From NCBI RefSeq assembly GCF_018350175.1, contig NC_058368.1, positions 72,356,001-72,420,000 on the forward strand: 64,000 nucleotides of DNA. Reading direction: 5' to 3'. The notes beneath the pieces were generated by a model that was given only the letters and a program-made list of their open reading frames with translations, had not been told where the DNA came from and ran no database searches. Source of the stretch: Felis catus. Its lineage: Eukaryota. A program made the position numbers and the translations under genes. Of the stretch, positions 38,120-49,910 are shown piece after piece; position 1 is the first letter of the stretch, and each line of letters opens with the position of its first letter.

Positions 38120-38326
38120 TAGGACTTTATTGCTATTGCTTCAAGAATTGCTGCAGGGGTGCCTGGGTGGCTCAGTTGGTTAAGCATCTGGCTCTTGACT
38201 TTGGCTCAGGTCATGATCTCACGGTTTGTGAATTCGGGCCGTACATTGGGTTCTGCACTGACAGCATGGAGCCTGCTTGGGATTCTCTCTCTCCCTCCCT
38301 CTCTCTCTGCCCCTCCCCTGCTCCTG

Positions 38327-38370
<44 letters not shown>

Positions 38371-38770
38371 ATAAGTAAATAAACATTAAAAACAAAAGAA
38401 TTGCTGCATTACAAACTACCCCAAAATTCAGTGGCTTACCAAAAACCACCAAAAACAAATCTATTTCCCACTCTTGGGTGGGTAGTTCAGCCATGACTCA
38501 GCTGGGCCGGACTGGATTCCGGAGAGCGGGCTGAGCTCCCTGTCGGGGTGTGCTTTTGTCATGGTGGGTCACGGGAGGGCTAGAGGGTAAGAGGAAATGC
38601 TCAGTGGTCCTTAACGCTTTGAGTCACCTGCCCATTGTGTCCACGTATTGTTGGGCAAAAGGAGTCACATGGTCAAGCCCCATATCTGTGCTCTGCTTTC
38701 TCCTCCACATGGCAATGTGACATGGCAGGAGAGAGCCGAGCTGTTGACAGCAATTATTCTATCAGCCACA
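38120..38770 (-). mobile_element. MLT1-type LTR split by a SINE
   Basis: attgctgcattacaaactaccccaaaattcagtggctta ... agtcacatggtcaagccc. Confidence 0.75.
38156..38395 (+). mobile_element. Can-SINE inserted in an MLT1-type LTR
   Basis: TSD aagaattgctgca 38143-38155 / 38396-38408. Confidence 0.96.
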
Positions 38771-39485
38771 AGATTTAACATAGGTATTCCAATATCATGG
38801 CTCCTCAGTGAAATTAGTTGATTGATGTGATTATAAATATCTGATATTTAAATTTAATTTGGAGGTAAATATGTTTCAGCTTTAAATGTAACCATATTAA
38901 TTATACAGTAAATTATATTGATTTTTATGAAGGGGTAAGAAAATTGAGAAGAGCAAAAATATATACAGAAGCTAGTATTTGATGAGGGAATTCATCCCAA
39001 TCTCATAAAAATGAGTTCTCTAAATATAGACTTAATGTCCTGTGAGTCAAAGGGGAAGTGTTTCTTTCCACTGTACTTAAATATACCCAGTCTGTCATTT
39101 TTCTGACATCTTTCAATGGGTCTTTGCAGAAATGCGTGCTCCAAATGCTATAAAACACTGTGGTTTGATGAAAACCAGAATACTGACATATGTCATGAGG
39201 CAGAGTCAATGGTTGTCTGTTTTCATGTGCACATTTAGTACGCCATTGATCTACTTTTTGCTAAATTACACGTTTTAATTTTCACACATTTTCCACCTCA
39301 AAAGAATATTTTATGTAGGATAATGTGTTAGGTGACTTGAATTAGCTATTTTGGGAATTTTTTTTTTATCTTCTGAGAACTTCAAAAAGGCAATGGAATC
39401 AATCAACGTATTTGGTAGTATTCAGATTTCTCATTTTCAGATTTTAAACAACAGCAGAATTCAATTTATTTAAGACTCAAGAACT

Positions 39486-39697
39486 GGGGTACCTGGGTGG
39501 CTCCGTCAGTTGGGCGTCTGGCTTCGGCTCAGGTCATGATCTCCCAGTTTGTGGGTTCGGGCCTTGCGTTGGCCTCTGTGCTGCAGCTTAGAGCCTGGAG
39601 CCTGCTTCCGATTCTGTGTCTCCCTCTCTCTCTCTCTGCCCTTCCCCCGCTCATGCTCTGTCTCTTTCTCAAAAATAAATGAACATTAAAGAAAAAA
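39486..39697 (+). mobile_element. Can-SINE (SINEC_Fc)
   Basis: TSD aagactcaagaac. Confidence 0.95.
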
Positions 39698-40194
39698 AAG
39701 ACTCAAGAACCTAAACAGTTTTAAATTGTGTGAGCTGTCCCACAACCATTGATTGGTCAGGCAGACGTTGTAAACTGCAACACTGTTAGGTAGGTCATTA
39801 ACTTAATAGAGAACGTATTTCTTATTTCTAATGAGGAGCTGTAGGTCCCTTAGGGACTAATTTTCCATAAACCTTGATTTTGAAACTCAAATTGCGTACA
39901 GTTTTATTGGAAGTCCATATGAGTACAAATGTTTTTGAGAAAAATATGTTTGTAATTATGAAAAACTGTGCCTGTATAAGTTAATCACTATCTTTAAGAG
40001 TTGAAACTCTGAAAATGGACTGCTTTATCATATATAAAGATCCAAGAATTTATATAAAGATAGATATAAAACAGAAGAAATACATATTGGTGTTGCATGT
40101 ATATAATTACCAGATATTTTTCAAGCAACTACTATGAATTAGACTCTACATTGGTAGCTGTATGGGGCTATAAAGATTAAAAGATATGAGTCTT

Positions 40195-40360
40195 GGGGCA
40201 ACCTCAATGGCTCAGTTAGTTGAGTGTCTGACTCCTGACTTTGGCTCCGGTCGTGATCCCAGGATCCTGAGATCCAGCCCAGTCTCAGGCTCTGTGCTGA
40301 GTGTGGAGCCTGCTTAAGAGTCTCTCTCTCTCCTTGCCCCTCCCCCACTCACATGCTCTC

Positions 40361-40398
<38 letters not shown>

Positions 40399-40410
40399 AA
40401 AAATAAATAA
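40195..40410 (+). mobile_element. Can-SINE (older carnivore subfamily)
   Basis: TSD aaaagata(t/c)ga(g/t)tctt; body lacks the Fc-type insert. Confidence 0.92.
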
Positions 40411-40518
40411 AAAAGATACGATTCTTTTTTCTTAGGAAATGTAGTGGTAGGTTTGAAATATAGGACAATGTAGTATTAATTGCAAAGTGCCTTGCATAGG
40501 AGGAGTTTGAGCTGTTTT

Positions 40519-40740
40519 TTTTTTTTTAGTTTTTTTTCCCACGTTTATTTATTTTTGGGACAGAGAGAGACAGAGCATGAACGGGGGAGGGGCAGAGAGA
40601 GAGGGAGACACAGAATCGGAAACAGGCTCCAGGCTCTGAGCCATCAGCCCAGAGCCTGACGCGGGCTCGAACTCACGGACCGCGAGATCGTGACCTGGCT
40701 GAAGTCGGACGCTTAACCGACTGCGCCACCCAGGCGCCCC
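40519..40740 (-). mobile_element. Young Can-SINE (SINEC_Fc)
   Basis: CpGs largely intact; TSD gagctgtttt. Confidence 0.96.
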
Positions 40741-41689
40741 AGAGCTGTTTTGAAAATAAGTAAGAGATTAACTAGTGGGTTTGTAAGGAACTGGGTTCTA
40801 GCCGGAGGGAGGAAATAAGCAAAATCTGGAGATGGGACATCATGGACACTAGTCCTGCTCTCTGAGGTCAGTGGGTGCTTTCCGAGGGGTTCTCAGGGAG
40901 AAGTCTGCAGAGAACTGCGAGCAGCTCATAGGCAGCCTTTCAGTACCAAAAAGAAAGGAAAAAGGACTGTGGACAGCCCTTGGCAGGCAATGGTGAGCAG
41001 AGAATTGGCTTTTCCAGATAGAAATTTCGGGACATAGATCTTGGGATAAATGGAAAGAGAAAAGCCTTTAAATGGATAGAACAATGAGAAAGCTATTTTA
41101 ACAGCCAATAGTGAAAACTAAGACTATTCTGAGTGTGGTGGTGGCCGTAGAAAGAAAAGGGAAAGGAGGATGCTGGGTACATTGTTATATGCATGATGGA
41201 ATTGGCAGGAATCAAGGATGGGGCTAGGGAGGTAGGGGCCAGACTTATTTGCTAAATATAAATTGTTGTGGTCACACTGGTTTTTAGATACTTCAAGTCC
41301 TGGAACCTCCAGGGACACCTGGCTTCTTCATAATTGGAAATTAAAGGGTTAAGTCTCTGCCAACTAGGGAACGACTGCCTGGCTTTGGTGCTAAGCAGTG
41401 GTACTTCTTCCTCCTTGCTGGTTAGATACCTTACCTATATGCCACCTGGGAGGGTAGAAGGGGCGACTTTGGGGCCGTAAACAGGAAGTTGAGAAGATAA
41501 TGGTTTTGAGGGCAAAGGGAGCAGGATCCATTGTTCCTAAAACAGCCATCTGAGGGTGGTGAGTGGTGACCAAGGGACACATTGGCTCCCAAAGGCTGCA
41601 GTTCATCCCATAATGAATGGGTACCAGAACCGAGAAGACTAAAAATTCAGTGACTCCTGCACAAAATGTCACATCCAGATAAGTTTCTA

Positions 41690-41902
41690 AAAAAATTTTT
41701 TAACGTTTATTCATTTTTGAGAGATGGAGATAGTGCACAAGCAGGGGAGGGGCAGGGAGAGAGGGAGACACAGATCCGAAGCAGACTCCAGGCTCTGAGC
41801 TGTCAGCACAGAGCCCAATGCTGGGCTCGAACTCACGAACCGCAAGATCATGACCTGAGCCAAAGTTGGATGCTTAACTGGACTGAGCCACCCAGGCGCC
41901 CC
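41690..41902 (-). mobile_element. Can-SINE (SINEC_Fc)
   Basis: TSD ataagtttcta. Confidence 0.95.
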
Positions 41903-42498
41903 TATAAGTTTCTAGTTACTTAAACACGTATTTTTATTTTGGGTGTCTGGGGCACTTTGACTCTTTAGATATAGATAACTATTTCTCATTAGAATTGCCA
42001 AAGATGAAGGAGAAATGAAACTATAGGTTGTATGTTAAACACTAGTTGCGACTCTTAAGTATAGTGTTTTTTACTATATCCAAAGTAAAACAAGACCTGT
42101 GTTGGTAATTACATTCATTATGTAAAAATAGCTTCAATTTCATTCCATCGAAATAAAATTCCATGTGAAAATATCAGAAGCTTTCTGTTATACAGAAAAG
42201 AAGTCTAAGTATTAATTTTTTGTGTGTGGACCTCTAGTATTTGATTACACGATGCTGAAATTTAACTGAAGTAGGTAAAACCCTTAAATATACTATGAAA
42301 TGTATGTTATTCTGTGTAATAATTGCCTCGTGAGTTTCCTTCATATGCTTTTCATGTATGAACTCCAACATGGAATAATTCACGCTTATTTGGGGGCTAG
42401 CTGTCTTCCATATACTCATAGGTATTTCAGGTAGGACATCTTTTTGGGGTCCAAGTAATTGAAAACCCAACCCAAACATGCATAAGAAAAAAATTACA

Positions 42499-42706
42499 GG
42501 GGTATCTAGGTGGCTCAGGTGGTTAGGCATCCGATTCTTGGTTTCAGCTCAGGTCGTGATCTCACGGTTTTGTGAGTTCAAGTCCTGCATTAGGCTCCCT
42601 GCTGACAGTGCAGAGCCTTCTTGGAATTCTTGGTCTCTATCTCTCTTTCTGCCCCTCTCCTGCTTGTGCTGTCTCTTCTCTTTCAAAATAAATAAATTTA
42701 ATTTTT
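42499..42706 (+). mobile_element. Can-SINE (SINEC)
   Basis: TSD aaaattaca. Confidence 0.92.
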
Positions 42707-42748
42707 AAAATTACAATTTATCAGCCCACTTAAATGAAATACTTAGGA

Positions 42749-42860
42749 CAGTGTTTCTCAAGGTGTGTTCTTGAGAACAGCATCAACTAGGTACTTTTTA
42801 GAAATGTGAATTCTGAGTCCCCCTCCCCTACAGTTTTACTGAATCAGAAACTCTCGAAGG
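42749..42860. mobile_element. MER5A-type fragment
   Basis: cagtgtttctcaaggtgtg...ttagaaatg..aattct...tactgaatcagaaactct. Confidence 0.75.
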
Positions 42861-43739
42861 ATACCACCAGGATCTACCTGTGGGCTTTGCCTCCCCTGGG
42901 ACCCATTTCCAGACTCCACATTGTGGCCAGTGACAGCTTTAACTACCCATCATCACAACACCTTGTCCAGTAGACAAGAGAAATGGTTTCACCTCGAACT
43001 GAGTCTTTAATACCAGATAGAAATCTGGATAGTAACTACATGGATCAATATATATGGTATATTTTTATTTTATTCAGATCCCTTTAAAAGAGATAGTCAG
43101 AGGGGTAAGCATTTGACTACAGAGAATACCAGAAAAAAAGGGACGAGACATTAGAGAAAAGCAGGAGATTAGGTGACTGGGATGATAAAGACTATGTGAG
43201 AAATGAGAGAAAATGGTAAATAGTATATAGATCGGCAACATGGGTTTTAATATTTTAAAAATCTAGACCCCTTGCAGCTTTAAAACTTCATAAGCTATTT
43301 AAATATCATGTTTAATATCATAATCGTAATCATTCACGCTAATTGCTGTTCTCTATGGCTATATTACTGTTCATTTATTTAATCAGTGCATGTGTAACAC
43401 TGTAAGGGACATACGCACGCAGCCAGTATTCACATCTTATTTTGGTGAATTTTACACAAAAAATGGTCAGCTTTTTAGTTTTTTTTAATGCTTTCTAAAT
43501 TGCATCAACCAAAAGGGGAAGACTATGTAAAAATACATAAAGAACTACCTAAATGCATTCTTAAGGTCAATATTTTACAAGAAAATACTCTTTATAATAT
43601 CTTTGCATAATATTTCTTGCTTCAAGGTACTCCCACTGATTTTGGTAACCCATCTTATTTTTTGTGACTATATCGACTATATCTTTAATAGATAAAAATG
43701 TGCAGGCTTACCTGAACACATTAAATTTCAAAAGAGAAA

Positions 43740-43870
43740 TGTGTAGTTATAGCTCGAGGGCAGGTGTTGTGATCCTGTCAGATTGCTCAAGCTAATTTTG
43801 AGCCATGTCAGGTCAGTTGCTGGGAGACGTTTGAGGAGCACAGGAAATTATATGGAGCCTGTTGATAACA
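43740..43870 (+). mobile_element. Ancient 5S rRNA-derived element (AmnSINE1-like head)
   Basis: gatc..gtcagat....caagctaa...ggtcagt...tgggagac is colinear with the 5S internal promoter region. Confidence 0.6.
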
Positions 43871-44768
43871 GCTTGTCCTTATACTGTGACCTAAAATAAT
43901 ACCAAACCTGCCACATTACCAACACTTTTGTTAAAATAGAAGTCCCGTATTGGTGGTTTGCACCAACCTCACTAAAAAGAGGAAACTAGAAGGATTTAAA
44001 AATACGGTTGCAATTGTTGACATGTTGACAGGGAAAATAAAGTTGGCAATTATCATTATGTTGGCAAGAAATTCCTTTAAAAATATACCTGATGTATAGT
44101 TAAATGATTTCAGTTGTGTTTTCCAAGCTTGGGTGACCCTAAGTATTCGCTGTGGTGTTTTTTGTTGTCGGTTCCTAAATCCTTCTTCTGGAGAAGTGCA
44201 TTTCGTAAATGTGTCTGTCTAGCCAGTGTTCCAAGTAACGGTCATGCTCAGATGTAGCGGCAAAGCACTGGCCTAAAGTATGGGATTTGTATAGTTTTCA
44301 AGGAAGTGAATGTGGGGAACTTCTAGAAATATTTCCAACCTCAGCTTATACGTTTTATTTCCTTCCAGTTCATTCCGTTTGGAAAGAAGGGTTAACCTCC
44401 CTAACTCAAATGGTGCCTGGGAAGAAAGAGGAGTGGTCAGCTCGGTTTATGGTCTGTGTGCAGCTGATGTAGGAGGGGCCGCATACAGCCACGCAGAAAG
44501 CTGGAGGCCAAGGAGGTGGTGACAATAGACCTCTTGGGTTTGGCTGGGATAGGAGAGGGTTTACCGAGGAGGAAATTGGTGGGGGTCCCCAGTAAGTGGA
44601 GATACAGATATTTTCCAAAGGATGTTTGGGTGACACAAGCCAGGTCTGTCAGACCTGGGAGCCAGCCTTGCATTTGGCACTCAGGGGAGTGTGTAATTCC
44701 AAATGAGGCTGAAGTCAAACGAGCAATAGCTTTCTGTATTAGAAGGCATGGTCTTTTCAGAGCAATCT

Positions 44769-44770
<2 letters not shown>

Positions 44771-44800
<30 letters not shown>
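44771..44800 (+). repeat. (TC)15 microsatellite, not SINE-associated
   Basis: Read directly. Confidence 0.95.
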
Positions 44801-44804
<4 letters not shown>

Positions 44805-45120
44805 GGGTAATTTTAAAAGGAGTATAGGTTTTAGTCTGATATATACTCAACAGACTCTATATCTTAATTTAAAAGAGCAGATGGCATTTCAGAGTTCATC
44901 CCTTTACTTTAAGTGGGTTAAGGACATATACCTTAGTTTTCCCATGTCCATTGTAAAATTGAGATGCCTTCAGGAACTGACACTGGAGATTCTAGGTTAT
45001 AGGCTTTGTAACCAGGAAGACTTAAGTTGACTCTTACCTCTACCTTGTAAGAGCTGTGTCAGGACATAAAAGTTTCTGAACCTGCCCCATGGCTGTCCTT
45101 GTCTTTAGAAGAGTAGGAAA

Positions 45121-45333
45121 TTTTTTAAAATGTTTATTTATTTTTGAGAGAGAGAGTGCACAAGTCAGCGTGTGTGGGGGAGGGGCAGAGAGAGAGGGAG
45201 ACACAGAATTTGCAGCAGGGTCCAGGCTCTGAGCTGTTAGCCCAGAGCCTGACATGGGCTTGAACTCATGAATTGCGAGGTCATGACCTGAGCTGAAGTC
45301 AGACACTTAACCAACTGAGCCACCCAGACACGC
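45121..45333 (-). mobile_element. Can-SINE, first of three in tandem
   Basis: Typical body; gagtagga on both flanks. Confidence 0.94.
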
Positions 45334-45342
45334 TGAGTAGGA

Positions 45343-45558
45343 CTTTTTTTTTACTAAAATTTTTAAAATTTATTTATTTATTCTGAGAGAGACAGAGACA
45401 GCATGAGTGGGGCAAGGGGCAGAGAGAGGAAGAAAGAGAGAATTCCAAGCAGGCTCAGCCACAAAGTCTAGTGTGGGGCTCGAACCCACAAACCATGAGA
45501 TCATGATCTGAGCCGAAAGCAGGAGTCAACACTTAACCAACTGAGCCACCCAGGCTCC
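45343..45558 (-). mobile_element. Can-SINE, second of three in tandem
   Basis: Typical body with a small internal deletion. Confidence 0.92.
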
Positions 45559-45592
45559 ATAAGGCATTTTTGAAAAAAAAAAAAAAAAAAAG

Positions 45593-45778
45593 TTTTTTTT
45601 TTTTTTTGAGAGAGGAGTATGAGCAGGGGAGGGGCAGAGAGAGAGAGAGGGACAAAGGATTGGAAGCGGGCTCCTAACTGATAGCAGCGAGCCCAGAGGG
45701 GGCTGGAACTCACAAACTATGAGATCCTGACCTGAGCTGAAGTTGAACGCTCAACCAACTGAGCCACCCAGGCGCCTC
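45593..45778 (-). mobile_element. Can-SINE, third of three in tandem
   Basis: Typical body, T15 tail. Confidence 0.92.
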
Positions 45779-46562
45779 AAGAATAGGACATTTTAACTGA
45801 AAGTGCTATTCACTGAGCATATACCGTGTGCCCAGACATCATGCTGGGCATCCTAGATACTGTTCATGAAACTCCCAGTCAGCCTTGTGAGAGAAGCATT
45901 CTTGTGTCCTGACAACAGCAATAACAGTATTCCTTACAGGATTTTTGGCAATCATTAATGTCACTAATGCAAACAAACAAAAATCTTGTTCCGAAAAAGG
46001 GATCAAATTCTACTTCTTTTTGATATAAACTGTGTACAGCTTTGAAATGACAGGGTTTCTCCCGCCCCAACTTGCACCCATTAAATTTTTATGGAACTGT
46101 TCCTCATCTATTAACACATGGCATATAAGAGGTGCTCAGTATATTTCAGTCCCCTTTCGATGTTTTGGTGTGTGACTTGGAAAACCCAGATGGTGTCGTT
46201 GAATATTTATGGGCTTCAGGGTTAGAAGAATACTGGGTACATAGAATCTTATCGATCTTGGATTGGCTGGGCGACACTGAGGGGTTCTTTTACCTCTTGT
46301 AAGCCTATTTCTCTTGGGAAGAATGGAAATCATCTCACAGTGTCCTTAGGAAGATTCAGTGAAATAATGTAAGCTCACCTATCACAGGGATTGACAAATA
46401 TTGGATAATATTTTAAATGTAATACACTTGAATGACAACGTGCAGAATAATTGTTTATAAATGCAAGTCTACATCCTGTAGCAGGAAGATTAGTTTTCTG
46501 AAAGGTGTGAATGTAAATAATGTTAGAGGACTATGCTTTTGAGTGATATTTGGTAGGATCCA

Positions 46563-46777
46563 TTTTTTAAATGTTTATTTATTTATTTTTGAGAGTGAAA
46601 GAGAAAGAGATCGTGAGGGAGGGAGGGGCAGAGAGAGAAGAAGACAGAGAATCACATGCATGTTCTACATTGTCAGCACAGAGTCTGATGCGGGGCTCGA
46701 CCTCATGACCTCGAGATCATGACCTGAGCTGAAATCAAGGGTCAAACACTCAACCGATTGAGCCACCCAGGCGCCCC
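46563..46777 (-). mobile_element. Can-SINE (SINEC)
   Basis: TSD tggta(g/a)gatcca. Confidence 0.94.
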
Positions 46778-47119
46778 TGGTAAGATCCAATTAGAACTGA
46801 GGGAGCTGGTGAAGTTTTGTTTTATTTTTTCACACTAAAGGAAGAAAGCCTGACTGTACTGCTGGGACTGAGGTCAGTGGCATGAAAAAATACTGAAATA
46901 CTGATGCACACTGATAAAATAACATTCAGTTTGTCTGACTCTGGTGAAGAAAGAGAAACCAGTGAGAGGTAGACTAAAGATCTTGGTGTATGGATTGCTA
47001 GCTTTTAGAACAGGTGAAAAACCAATGTTTTCATTTTTGATTTTTGTCTCAAGCCCTTATTTAAGGTGATACCAGCATTTAATGAGGTAACTGTGTCTCA
47101 TTCAATTTAGTTAGCTTTC

Positions 47120-47470
47120 TGTTATGGCTTGAAAGTTTGAAATTCATGTTGAAACCCTAACCCCCTGTATGATGGTATTAGGAGGTGAGGCCTTTGGAAG
47201 GTGAGTAGGTGATGAGGGGGGTCCCCCATGATGGCATTGGTGTTCTTGTAAGAAGGGGAAGAGATGCCAGAGCTCTCTTTCTCTACCATCTGGGGATATG
47301 GTGAGAAGTGAGTTATTTCCAAGCCAGGAAGAGGCCCTTCCCTAAAAGCCAAAGCTGCCAAATCCTTGATCTTGGACTTGCCAGCCTCTGAACTGTGGGA
47401 AATAAATTTCTTTTGTTTAAGCTGCTCAGGCTATCATATTTTGGTATACCAGCCCGAGCTGACTAAGACA
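47120..47470 (+). mobile_element. MLT1A-type LTR
   Basis: tgttatgg...aaattcatgttgaaaccctaacccc...aataaatttcttttgtttaagc...gactaagaca. Confidence 0.88.
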
Positions 47471-49698
47471 CACTTAAGGAGCTGCTGTTAGGCACAGAGT
47501 CCTCTTAAGCAAGAGGCAACAGTCCAACCCTAAAGCCGGTGAAACCAAGATGGATTAAAATGATGCTGTAAATAGAGGTGTGTGGAATTTGCTGTTCATG
47601 TATTGATTCTGCCTGGGATTATCGTACAAGACTACCATTTGGGTAGATCTTGAAGAATGAGAGGGATTTGTATCTCTGGGGTGTGATAGCTTCAGAGGGG
47701 TAGAGACTTGCAAATGAGTGCAGAGAAGAGGCTCCCCTACAAACAAATGCATTGACAAAACACGACGAACCTAGAACTGTAGGGCAAGTCAAATGCCGTA
47801 GCTCTGGCTCTGTATTATCTTCTTGCTTCAGCTTTTAGTCTGACAGATTTACAGAGAAAGGGAGCAGCGTTTCTTGGTCATCAGAGAAATCATCATCGAA
47901 TAACATGTTTTTGTGTTGATAAGCCAGAATCCCCTAGTGTTCCCAGCATCAGCATTGCCCAAAAGCCAAAGACATTTATTGACATTTAGTAAAGACCTTT
48001 CTAGTTTCTTTTCATACTGACTCCATTGTTCATGTGTGGTATAGTAGCATATCGCACGTGTAGGATCTTTCTTGGTTTGGGGCTGAAAAGTCTGTAGGAA
48101 TGATTTTTTCTAAAGTTCTAATGACTTTTCTTGCTCATTTGTATGCGCTCATATATCTTCAACTTCCAACTATGTAAATCGCTGTGAGTTAAATGTGTTT
48201 GCATTTTGTCGTTAATAAATCTCTGTCTGATTCTCTGTCTGTAATGAAACAATGTAAATAAAATGCATTGGGCTCCTTCACAGCCTTCTCCTCTTCCAGG
48301 AGAGCAGGATGGTGGAGGTCTTTGGGGCCAAGTTGAGCATCATCTCTCGTCTTCTTAGACCATTTTACTTTCCCTGTCACAGCAACTACTTACCTTATAA
48401 AGCTGAGAGCATCCAATTGACTCACTCTTTGTTTTGTTTTTGCTTTTTCATCATGAGGAGTTTTATATAAGCAGATTATAAGCTGTGAAGTTTTGTTCAG
48501 ATCATTGCATTTGAAGGGATCTTAACCTTAGACAAACTAGTAGGGGGTCCTGTCTGGACACTCATTCTAACTTCCCCCCATTGTCCATTGCCATTTTCTT
48601 AGGCCACATGTGCCTTTGATGCTTTTCAGTATTTCACTTTGTTTTACACTGATTTATAAGATGACAAATTCTGAGTCACCTGAATGAATGGTTTTCTTAT
48701 AGAAGAATCTGGAATGTATACAGTGCCTTCTTTTTGAAGCTCAGCTGCTTCAAGTGCATGACTGTATTTGTGGTCATGCCTAGCAGTTATTCATTTAGGA
48801 GATGATTTTGCTATTTTTGGAGCAAAGGGAAATGGAATAAATGGAGTTGCTTGGAAAGTCTAGAAATCCACTTGACTTGATGGAGCTGACACGCTTTACT
48901 GCAATTTTTAGGGCCTCTTTGTAATTTACAGTGGATACTAATTTTCTTGCTCAGGTTTCCTTCGGCAGTGTCTGCTGAGTCTGAGAGGAGACTGGCAGGT
49001 TTATGTGGAACAACATCCTGAGAAGGGTGCTCAGGATTTGCTCTGTGGTCCTACTTCCTCTACCTTCCCTTCTCTGGTCTCCCTTTTCTGTGCCTTTCTT
49101 TTCCCAGAATTCCTCAGAGCTTGAAAGGATGAGATTGTCTTTTACTTCCCCTTCCTGTGCTTCTGGGAAATCCATTATCTAAAACTAGGATTAAATCACC
49201 AGCCTTAGCCGTAGATAGGTTAAAAAGTGACCACCAAGAGAATGTAGAAAATTCTTCAGAGCTCGGCTCTCAAGTATGTTGTCTAACCATGTAGTTTTCT
49301 TTTGAATTTCGGAAGCTAAATATTAATTCCTTCTTTTCTCTTCTCTAATAATCCTAAAATTCCTTACTTTCACCCTCCAAATTCAAATGTAGAGGCCTTA
49401 GGCTGCCTAATGATAAATGCAATGATGAAGAAAACAATAATGCCTCTCTACACAAGCCTTCGCTGGGAGTAAATCTCAGGGTTTCTGGGAGTAAATCCTT
49501 TGTTAAGCACATAGTAGGTGACCTATAAGGTTTATTGCACAAATAAGTGGATAAATAAATATGTGAATGAATGAGTGGTGGGAGAGGTGGAAATGATGGA
49601 TTTTGTGGAATGAACTGGTTTCAAACCGTCCTTGGAATTTTCAAAATTTGGCTCACAGGAGTTGATATTGTGAGCTAAGAAAACAACTAGTGGTTTTT

Positions 49699-49910
49699 TG
49701 TTTTTTTTTATTTTTTTTTATTTTTGGGACAGAGAGAGACAGAGCATGAACGGGGGAGGGGCAGAGAGAGAGGGAGACACAGAATCGGAAACAGGCTTCA
49801 GGCTCCGAGCCATCAGCCCAGAGCCTGACGCGGGGCTCGAACTCACGGACCGCGAGATCGCGACCTGGCTGAAGTCGGGTGCTTAACCGACTGCGCCACC
49901 CAGGCACCCC
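49699..49910 (-). mobile_element. Young Can-SINE (SINEC_Fc)
   Basis: Perfect 16-bp TSD acaactagtggttttt; CpG-rich. Confidence 0.96.
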
